IMG/VR virus record: IMGVR_UViG_3300029939_000002
Origin: an uncultured virus (IMG/VR IMGVR_UViG_3300029939_000002)
Taxonomy: Duplodnaviria; Heunggongvirae; Uroviricota; Caudoviricetes
DNA length: 57,212 bases
Reading direction: 5' to 3' (one strand)
The translations under genes were made by a program, and so were the position numbers. The first letter of the stretch is position 1; every line of letters begins with the position of its first letter. Below are positions 49,509 to 57,212 of the stretch, in pieces. The notes beneath the pieces were generated by a model that saw nothing but the letters and a program-made list of their open reading frames with translations, was not told where the DNA came from and searched no databases.

Positions 49509-51314
49509 TTATTCAGCAGCAGCGTCTTTTACCACATGTCCTACATCTTCATTACGAGAATCGAAGTATTTCTTTAGTTTTAAGTAGATATGGTCTTTAT
49601 TGTTAACTATCTGAAGAAGCCCATTCTCATCATAACTAAGATCTTGTGATATATCAATGTCATTTAAGATGGAATCTCGTACACCATATCCACGGTCTTT
49701 TGTATGTCCGTGAAAATAATGCATTGCGACCAAGTCGACATATCCGTATGATAGATTAGCAGCACGTACAATATTGTTATATCTCATAAGTTCATCATAT
49801 CCATTCAATGTTTCTGGCATTCGGTAATGTTCATTAACAAGAATATGGCAGAAATCCCTATCATTAGCACCAACAATATTTTTATCATAAATTCTCCCAA
49901 TCTTGTCATAAGCTTCGCGTGTCATTGCCCATGCTAGACCAGGAGGACCCAATGGATTATCCAAAGATGGACGCAGACCAGACATATAATCTGACATAAA
50001 ACTATTACGTGTTTTATATACATTATAATTTTCATCTAAGAAATCCAAAGACGACCAGCATTGTACAACATCACACTCTTTCAGTTTATCAACAATGTAC
50101 ATAGGCCAATTATCATCATAATACGCCATATCTGCATCAAAGTATGCGATATTTTTAGCTGAAGCAGGAATTAGTTTCTTAATACCTTCATTAATAAGAT
50201 TTTCTTTATACCATAACACATTGTTAGTATGTAGTTGTAAATGACGCGGATTATAGTTATCTGTTACAACATGATGCTGATCACCAATAGTTAATTCAAC
50301 TGTATAAAGAACAACATTCTTAAATTTAGCCATATATCGTTTAAACTGATTATATAGAAAATATCGACTATTATAACCAGATGGATTGAATACCGTAGTT
50401 ACTACATGTAGTATATTTTCGACATCGTTATCTTCTTGGCGACTATGGAAGTATTCGCGCAATTCATTACGTAATTCCATTTTCTTTACACTAATATCCA
50501 ATAGTCCATTATCTAAATAAAGTAAATCATTACTAGGGTCAAACTCATGTTTCATAAGAATATTATGTCGCCAATCATACCCACGGTCCTTCTTATGACC
50601 ATGAAAATGATGATAACATATACCATGCACATATCCTACACCAATATCATTTTCCTGTAATTTAGCATGCCATGCATCAAGTAGTGGTTTGGTGTATTCA
50701 TTATATTTATCATACTCCAATTCAGATAAACAATCTAGCATAGCTGCTGACATACACCAGTCGGCAGAACCAATAATACACCAATCGATAAGTCCACCAA
50801 TTGCATTAATAAATTCATTATTTGCTGCCCATGCTAAGCCAGACGCGCCGCCGAAATTACTAGTGTTAATATACTTAGCAATACTACCAGTACTACTATT
50901 AAGTTCTTCTTCATCAGGACCGAGATTAATCTTCTTATCAAACATATGAACAATGCTATTTTCATTAAGTGCTGATAATGTATCATTAATGATATTGACA
51001 TTACTAAAAGTAATATCAGCATCCATCCATGCAAACTTACAATCCTTAGGTAATTTTGATTTACGTAGAATTTCTAACAAGTTTTCTTTATACCAGAGAA
51101 TAGTATTTGTACGTAATTGCATATGGTTAGGATTATCAATAGATGTTGTTACAAACTCCTGATCGCCAAATGCCAGTTCGATTTTATAATGAATAACATT
51201 AGGGAAATCTTTAAGATATTCAGTAAAGTCATGATCCAACTTATATCGAACTTTATAATTCTCTGGGTTAAAACAGCACGTTAGTACATGTAACTTTTCA
51301 TCTTTCGTTGACAT
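49509..51314 (-). CDS. Tandem duplicated GT-A-like glycosyltransferase domains
   Basis: Two ~300-aa repeats, each with LHV.T..FNP, LWYKENL, DAD, G.AWA, I.G..D and H.FHGH.KDRGY..R. Confidence 0.7.
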   Translation of the reverse strand: MSTKDEKLHVLTCCFNPENYKVRYKLDHDFTEYLKDFPNVIHYKIELAFGDQEFVTTSIDNPNHMQLRTNTILWYKENLLEILRKSKLPKDCKFAWMDADITFSNVNIINDTLSALNENSIVHMFDKKINLGPDEEELNSSTGSIAKYINTSNFGGASGLAWAANNEFINAIGGLIDWCIIGSADWCMSAAMLDCLSELEYDKYNEYTKPLLDAWHAKLQENDIGVGYVHGICYHHFHGHKKDRGYDWRHNILMKHEFDPSNDLLYLDNGLLDISVKKMELRNELREYFHSRQEDNDVENILHVVTTVFNPSGYNSRYFLYNQFKRYMAKFKNVVLYTVELTIGDQHHVVTDNYNPRHLQLHTNNVLWYKENLINEGIKKLIPASAKNIAYFDADMAYYDDNWPMYIVDKLKECDVVQCWSSLDFLDENYNVYKTRNSFMSDYMSGLRPSLDNPLGPPGLAWAMTREAYDKIGRIYDKNIVGANDRDFCHILVNEHYRMPETLNGYDELMRYNNIVRAANLSYGYVDLVAMHYFHGHTKDRGYGVRDSILNDIDISQDLSYDENGLLQIVNNKDHIYLKLKKYFDSRNEDVGHVVKDAAAE

Positions 51315-51336
51315 GGTAGTCCTTTTGGGAAAGTGA

Positions 51337-51573
51337 TTATTCGTGTCGTTGTATCATCCTGAGTCTATTATTAACATACTTTCTTAGAAATCTACTTACT
51401 CTATATTTTTCATTAAACCTAGCTATTCTTTTTATACTAAGGCATTTAGATATACCAATAATAGAATCTACCCAATGTAAATCTTCTGTATTATACATTT
51501 TGTTTCTAACAAGTGCACACTGAACAGAATAAGAATAAAGAATTTTAGTACAAGTAAAACAGTATAATGTCAT
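51337..51573 (-). CDS. Hypothetical protein
   Basis: 78-aa ORF. Confidence 0.4.
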   Translation of the reverse strand: MTLYCFTCTKILYSYSVQCALVRNKMYNTEDLHWVDSIIGISKCLSIKRIARFNEKYRVSRFLRKYVNNRLRMIQRHE

Positions 51574-51681
51574 TTTAACTGCTTGTTTATCATGTCCTTC
51601 TATATTTCTATATTATTAATCGTAATATTTTTTATAAAATTTTGTAGGTATCATGAGTTATTCTCCTCTGCATGCCATTTA

Positions 51682-52860
51682 TTATAGAACTTTTCTTGCT
51701 TTAAGAAGTTCATTTTGTAAAGCAGCTGCCGAAATAGGAGTTATCACATCAAGGTCATCCATATCAAAATCTTTCTTCATTCTATCTGCGGTATTTTGAT
51801 CTAATAAATCAAACTTAATAGCTTCATCACAACGACCAGGTCTAATAAGTGCACTATCAAGAACTTCAGGATGATTAGATGTCATAATCACAATACAATT
51901 TTCTGGAGCAATGATACCATCTAAAACATTTAACACATCACTTAAAGACAGAAAAGAGACAAGTGTAACATTATTGTTATCTTTATGCTCAGGAGGAACA
52001 TTGGATTTATCATCGCATATGCGTTTGTCAACATCGTCTGTACTATCGCGCTTATTGCCAATATTCAAAGTATCAACATCTTCTAAAACTACAATTTTCA
52101 TTTTATTGTTATATGCAGAAACACTACGTATGTTACTAAAATTACAATAAAATATAGGTAAGTTAAAATGAGAAGCGATAGCTAATATAGAAGATGATTT
52201 TCCAGTTCCAGGAGGACCCCAAAACAAGTATCCTCTGTGATATGGAATACCTCTCTTTACATACCATTCTTTTTGTTCACTAGATATAAATAATTTTATA
52301 TCACTCAAAAGATTATCTAATATATCACCATTAAGATAAATAGAATTTATACTTCTCTTATTCTTTTTAATGATTTCGAAATAATCATTACTTCTACTAT
52401 AAACATCTATCATTTTACTATCTTCATTAGATAATTTTAACTGTTCTACAAACTTTGTTATTAGCTTTGTATTTCTTGTGAGATACCACTTTATGATAAT
52501 CGTCTCTACCTTATTCTTACCACTACCCCAACTTATTTGATTATTTTCAGTAATTCTATTTATAGTAACAATTCTATTACTATCTACAGAATAAATTATT
52601 TCATTAAATTCATATTTATCATTAGAATAATGAAAATGTTTTACATTATTTCTTAGTTTTGTTACATAATTTGCTATATCACTAAATATAGGATCATCAT
52701 TTCTTACAGTCAATGATACAGAAAAATATTTTAAAAAAGTATCAAATGTAGCTTTTGGAATACCTTTTATTATATATAGTAGAAAACCGGACACTGAACC
52801 TACAATAAGACCACTAGCAACTATATTTGATTTTAAGTAATCTACTATTAATTCAAGCAT
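51682..52860 (-). CDS. BCS1-like membrane-anchored AAA ATPase
   Basis: N-terminal TM; WY..RGIPYHRGYLFWGPPGTGKSS, EDVD, LN.LDG, ALIRPGR.D. Confidence 0.88.
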   Translation of the reverse strand: MLELIVDYLKSNIVASGLIVGSVSGFLLYIIKGIPKATFDTFLKYFSVSLTVRNDDPIFSDIANYVTKLRNNVKHFHYSNDKYEFNEIIYSVDSNRIVTINRITENNQISWGSGKNKVETIIIKWYLTRNTKLITKFVEQLKLSNEDSKMIDVYSRSNDYFEIIKKNKRSINSIYLNGDILDNLLSDIKLFISSEQKEWYVKRGIPYHRGYLFWGPPGTGKSSSILAIASHFNLPIFYCNFSNIRSVSAYNNKMKIVVLEDVDTLNIGNKRDSTDDVDKRICDDKSNVPPEHKDNNNVTLVSFLSLSDVLNVLDGIIAPENCIVIMTSNHPEVLDSALIRPGRCDEAIKFDLLDQNTADRMKKDFDMDDLDVITPISAAALQNELLKARKVL

Positions 52861-52866
52861 AATAAT

Positions 52867-53610
52867 CTATTTTCTAAAAAGATTCTTAGGGTTTAACAGT
52901 TTTAAAAACTTAGAACAAGAAACACACCAAGAATATACCCATGTATAAAATCTGTATTTCTTATTAGTTTTCTTAAAATCTTCAATATATTTAGATAATG
53001 AAATATACTCTTCATTATTTTTATAATCTTCATTAATAAACAAAGGAATGACCTCTTCTCTACTATAAGGATGTGCTACTATTCCACATTCAAATCTTTT
53101 AAACTTTTTAAGTTTATTTATTTCATCTGCTATTTCTTTTTTAACCATCATAGTTTTATACGGATAAGTTTTCGTATTATATATACAATAAATATTCTCG
53201 ACATCATCGGTAGTAATTTTATATTTTTGTAAAATAAATTTATTAATATCAGAAATATCAATTACATTAGGCATATTTTTAATATCAAAACGTATCACTC
53301 GCATTTTATCAATCTCGCCAGTTTTAATAAAATATTTTAATGAAGTTGATTCTACTACCATCTCAACTTTATAACAAGCAATGTTATTTATATCGGGTAG
53401 TATATATCCATATTTAGTAAAAATATCTTTTCGATTAAAAATTTCAGTTCTCCGGATAATAAATTCTTCTAATACTTTGTTATCACACCATGATAAAAAT
53501 TCTGTATCAACATCAATGATGGTATTACCATTTTCACAAATAACATAATTATTTGTATAATTTTTAGTAACAGTAATATAAGTAATATCCTTACCAAGTA
53601 TAGAAGACAT
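52867..53610 (-). CDS. Hypothetical protein
   Basis: 247-aa ORF; promoter motif at 53656-53663. Confidence 0.65.
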   Translation of the reverse strand: MSSILGKDITYITVTKNYTNNYVICENGNTIIDVDTEFLSWCDNKVLEEFIIRRTEIFNRKDIFTKYGYILPDINNIACYKVEMVVESTSLKYFIKTGEIDKMRVIRFDIKNMPNVIDISDINKFILQKYKITTDDVENIYCIYNTKTYPYKTMMVKKEIADEINKLKKFKRFECGIVAHPYSREEVIPLFINEDYKNNEEYISLSKYIEDFKKTNKKYRFYTWVYSWCVSCSKFLKLLNPKNLFRK

Positions 53611-53727
53611 GCGATACTCCTATTTATTTATCTATCTATATTCTATTCCTTATTAGTAATATATATTTTATAACTTTATGAAAAAAATAAAGAGTCTGGT
53701 GGACATTTGTCCACCAGACTTCTTTTA

Positions 53728-54297
53728 TTATGCATATGCCGATGTTCTATTCGATATTTCTTCTTGTACGTGTTTGGTTACATATGGCAACGTTTGTTCA
53801 CCAATAATCACGATGGCGAAGTTTGGCTTCGACAACTTGGCCGGTATTTTCGTACCAACGCTCACAGTGATGTGAGGATTGTATATATTCTCATCGAGAA
53901 GACCATAAGACTTCTTGATTGAGCGGATGCGATTCTTCAGCCACTCAGAATCTATGATAAATCCTACTCTGTGTCGGAATAGATTTCCTCTGACTGGCAT
54001 AATGAACACACTTAATTCTTCTGGAGGGACAATGAGCCATGGATGATATTGCATTTGTGCAATGCGTTTGTTACATCCCGGCTTTGTCGATCCATATGAT
54101 ACGTGGAGAGACCTCCCTCCCTGAAGTCCGTCTTCATCTTCCATGATGTTCAACAAACCATTGAGCATTGCCCAACGTTTGAGGTTTGCTTTGGAACCAT
54201 TATGGATAGTCCCAGTTATGAACTTCCGATCATATACGTCATGATCAATAGTGTCATAATGACGAAATATGACTTTGTCTGGTGTGTAGTCAAGCAT
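53728..54297 (-). CDS. 2H phosphoesterase, Acb1 (T4 57B)-like
   Basis: LHVS and PHITVS motifs; IIDSEWL..R...YNPHITVS resembles T4 Acb1 VLDSEYL..R...YTPHITLS; promoter motif at 54335-54342. Confidence 0.75.
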   Translation of the reverse strand: MLDYTPDKVIFRHYDTIDHDVYDRKFITGTIHNGSKANLKRWAMLNGLLNIMEDEDGLQGGRSLHVSYGSTKPGCNKRIAQMQYHPWLIVPPEELSVFIMPVRGNLFRHRVGFIIDSEWLKNRIRSIKKSYGLLDENIYNPHITVSVGTKIPAKLSKPNFAIVIIGEQTLPYVTKHVQEEISNRTSAYA

Positions 54298-54484
54298 AGC
54301 GATGTCCTTTTTTTATGCTAGATATGTCAAATAAATAATATATATTTGAATAAATTTCATTATCGTTTATTTTTAAATAAAATACTGATAGTAGATGAGA
54401 GTACTCTCATCTACTATCGTGTTTTGTCATTCTGGATATTTCATATCTAAACATACATTTAATAAATATATAATTTGATCACTA

Positions 54485-54835
54485 CTATTTTAACGATACC
54501 ATATGTCCACCTATCCATAAATTAAGTAACTTATCGTGTATAAGTTTAATATCATTATTATCGGAATGATTAGTTATTCTTACATAATACTTGTAGAATT
54601 CATATATAAGAAAAACACTATTACTATCTATTGAAATTGTATTAACCATGTTTAATTGTACGCGAATATTATCATTGTGTTGTGATAATACAATATATCG
54701 ATGTGGACCTATATCTTTTAAATACGGTTCAAAGAAAATATCTAAAATAAAATTATGTTTTGGTGAATCGTCATTGGGAAGATTGATCAATACCGATATG
54801 GTATCGGTTACTTTTCTCTGAGATACTTCTAGCAT
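54485..54835 (-). CDS. Hypothetical protein
   Basis: 116-aa ORF; promoter motif at 54883-54890. Confidence 0.65.
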   Translation of the reverse strand: MLEVSQRKVTDTISVLINLPNDDSPKHNFILDIFFEPYLKDIGPHRYIVLSQHNDNIRVQLNMVNTISIDSNSVFLIYEFYKYYVRITNHSDNNDIKLIHDKLLNLWIGGHMVSLK

Positions 54836-54971
54836 GACCCATATCCTTTTAAGTTATAGTTATGACATTGAACTACATACAAATAATATATGCGTAAGAT
54901 ATTGTTAAAAAAATAATAAGCGATCCAAGGAGATGTGGTATATACCACATCTCCTTGCACATAGTTTATGA

Positions 54972-55877
54972 CTATTGTTTAGTTTCTTTACTAGAGAAGT
55001 ACTTTTCAAGATCATATTCACTAGGTGTTATAGTGCAGGAGTACCCCTGCCAATCAAAAGATGTTTTACCTCTGAAATGTCGACGTACGAAGACGATATC
55101 TTCTTCGTTCTGAGAATTCTTTAGTTCTCGTGTATGTGCACGAACCCAGTTACGAAGAGCCTTTTTTCTATTTTCTCCAACAGGAACATCACGATTCTGA
55201 AAGAGTTCTCTAATACCTGATGGGTTTGTTAGAAATAAGAGAGTTGGGCTATCTTTTATTTGAAAGGTAACTTCCCACATATACCGCCTAGTTAATGCAA
55301 CAGACATAGCCATCGTCACATTTACATTGATATTAAAATTAGCATAGTTCTTACCAGCTGTGAGACCTCCATTCTGATTGTATGTAACCATGCGTATTAT
55401 TGGTTTAAGCGCACTCCATTTCTTATTGAGATAACCAAAGTAGTTAACTTCTGTAGTATAAGTCCCATTCCTCAGGATGAATGCAGTGGAGACCTTTACG
55501 ATGTGCTGTGCAAAATTAGAAACCTTTCCCCGCAGTTCTCTTGGGGATATAGTTTGTACATGCATCAGTTGGATAGTACCATCGTCTTGTGGAATAGCCA
55601 ATGATATATCTATCGGCCAGAGTACACTCGGATTCATCTGTTCGCTGTCAGGACCAAATATCAGGATATCATCAGCAAGATCATTTGGAATCCACCCAAG
55701 CGGCCATATTGCACCGAACGACTTTAATGATAATAGCTCCCCACTATCACTATATGCATTATGATACGTGACATCCATGAGCCGACTGAGACCATAATCG
55801 ATAGCCTCGTCCAATTTATCACTCAGAGATGAAACAGAACCATCAGCATTGCGGGTAATTTTTCTATCTAGTGACAT
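54972..55877 (-). CDS. Hypothetical protein with WV..H.R...VR.H.RG basic motif
   Basis: 301-aa ORF with AGGAG SD. Confidence 0.7.
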   Translation of the reverse strand: MSLDRKITRNADGSVSSLSDKLDEAIDYGLSRLMDVTYHNAYSDSGELLSLKSFGAIWPLGWIPNDLADDILIFGPDSEQMNPSVLWPIDISLAIPQDDGTIQLMHVQTISPRELRGKVSNFAQHIVKVSTAFILRNGTYTTEVNYFGYLNKKWSALKPIIRMVTYNQNGGLTAGKNYANFNINVNVTMAMSVALTRRYMWEVTFQIKDSPTLLFLTNPSGIRELFQNRDVPVGENRKKALRNWVRAHTRELKNSQNEEDIVFVRRHFRGKTSFDWQGYSCTITPSEYDLEKYFSSKETKQ

Positions 55878-56138
55878 CTCGATCTCCTAAGTTCATTTAA
55901 CACCAATTATAGGTGTCATAGAGTTCATTGACTGTAGCTTTGTCATCTAGGGAGTAAAACTCTCCAGATTCCTTGTTGTAGATATAACCGAGTGCTTCAC
56001 GGTTATTGAGGATTCTTCCCATAGTTTTCAGTTACTACATAATTCTGGAGTGAATACAAAACTCACTCCAGTGATCTATAGTAAGAGATCAAATAGTTTC
56101 AACAATATAACGTATTCTTTATCAATCACATATTTTTA

Positions 56139-56807
56139 TTATTCTTTATAGTGATCGATGATTGTCTCTGTAAAAGCATTTGCATTCTGGTATCCGACAT
56201 GTAAGCCAGAAATGATGTCATTCTGCAACATCGGATATTGACCCTGGACATGCTCAAAGTCAAACTTGTCCGTCCACTGAAAGTATGTATTCCAGTATAT
56301 GGGGTATGTCTTAAGCATATGTTCGATTTGTTCTTCGTCGAACTCGACGTGTTCGATCCAAGGAAGCTTGCTGATAAACTTCAGCACACCACTGTCGTTA
56401 TAAACGAACCAATGGTGATGACAATGGCCTCGGAAGTTAAATGAGCCGGCGCCGACACCCCGAGCAAGTTCTTGTGCGATAGATGGGGTTTCAATGTAAC
56501 CGGCTTTGGCCACCCGCTGCATTTCACTGAGAACCAGGAAGGGATTCCACAGGTCTTCAATGACGTGCCGACAATAGACGAAGTCGAATGACTTGTCTTC
56601 AAAAGGAAGTCGTTCTTTGGTAACATCACAAACGACATTGTCGATCTTGGGATCATAGACATAATCGACATATGTCGTAGCTTTCGGAAATGGAATATGG
56701 CAGGCGCCAATTTCCAAAACCTTCGCCCCATCGGGAATAATGTCGGCGATGTAATGACGGGTCTGTTCGATAGGAAACCAGTGCTTGAAGTCAGATTGTG
56801 TAAACAT
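56139..56807 (-). CDS. Class I SAM-dependent methyltransferase
   Basis: VLEIGA, CD....LPFEDKSFDFVYCRHVIED, E..RV.K.GYIE.P. Confidence 0.88.
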   Translation of the reverse strand: MFTQSDFKHWFPIEQTRHYIADIIPDGAKVLEIGACHIPFPKATTYVDYVYDPKIDNVVCDVTKERLPFEDKSFDFVYCRHVIEDLWNPFLVLSEMQRVAKAGYIETPSIAQELARGVGAGSFNFRGHCHHHWFVYNDSGVLKFISKLPWIEHVEFDEEQIEHMLKTYPIYWNTYFQWTDKFDFEHVQGQYPMLQNDIISGLHVGYQNANAFTETIIDHYKE

Positions 56808-56891
56808 GATTACCTCCAGGATGTTTGATATGATCGTATATTCTGTTTTATTGAAAAATTGGAGGGTGTAATTACACCCTCCCAGATCTCA

Positions 56892-57104
56892 TTATTTATA
56901 AGCTCTTATCAGACTATCGCCAGAAAACACACAATCAGGGATCTCTTTCAAAAATACATCCTGATGGTGCTTACGCCCAGTAAGATCCGTGATATCAACG
57001 ACCTTGAATACTTCATGAACGGCGTGTCTGGTTTCAGAAATCACGACCTTATCGCCAGCCTTGAAATGGTCGACCATCATGAACTGATCAGGAAGTTCCC
57101 GCAT
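56892..57104 (-). CDS. Hypothetical protein (may extend beyond the window edge)
   Basis: ORF track; palindromic hairpin downstream. Confidence 0.5.
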   Translation of the reverse strand: MRELPDQFMMVDHFKAGDKVVISETRHAVHEVFKVVDITDLTGRKHHQDVFLKEIPDCVFSGDSLIRAYK

Positions 57105-57212
57105 CAGCGATACAAGATCGCTAACATAGAACGTTTCTGATGCATTCTCATGTGCAATGGGCTGAAGTTGATACTTGTAGTTGTCGAGAACAGTCCGATT
57201 GAAACCCTCAAC

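Noticed and set aside
1..57212. Alternative genetic code (stop-codon recoding)
   Set aside because: Long genes read intact under code 11, TAA/TAG/TGA all occur as stops, and no suppressor tRNA is present.

Overview
This is a 57-kb segment of an AT-rich jumbo phage genome, most likely a nucleus-forming phiKZ-like (Chimalliviridae-type) phage. The assignment rests on a PhuZ tubulin, an SbcC ATPase, RuvC, an SF2 helicase, head-protein paralogues carrying S/A/G-x-E maturation sites, and about 15 copies of a TATATTAC-like early promoter. Almost all genes lie on the minus strand and are separated by near-perfect palindromic hairpins. Accessory genes include class II ribonucleotide reductase, dTMP kinase, QueC-like, NYN, macro+SLOG, M29 aminopeptidase, a tandem glycosyltransferase-like protein, SleB hydrolase, two AAA ATPases, orphan antitoxin-like HTH proteins, and Acb1-like and Apyc1-like candidate anti-defence enzymes. 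The most unusual part is a 3.7-kb RNA island (25.4-29.1 kb) with essentially no credible ORFs, set in the tRNA cluster and preceded by its own early promoters. It contains a type I hammerhead ribozyme, an H-type pseudoknot, many multi-stem RNA domains, a rearranged tRNA-Arg(UCU)-like RNA with a D-loop-like segment after the anticodon arm, and two orphan 3' halves of tRNA-Arg(UCU). All calls come from manual motif reading and base-pairing; no database searches were run.
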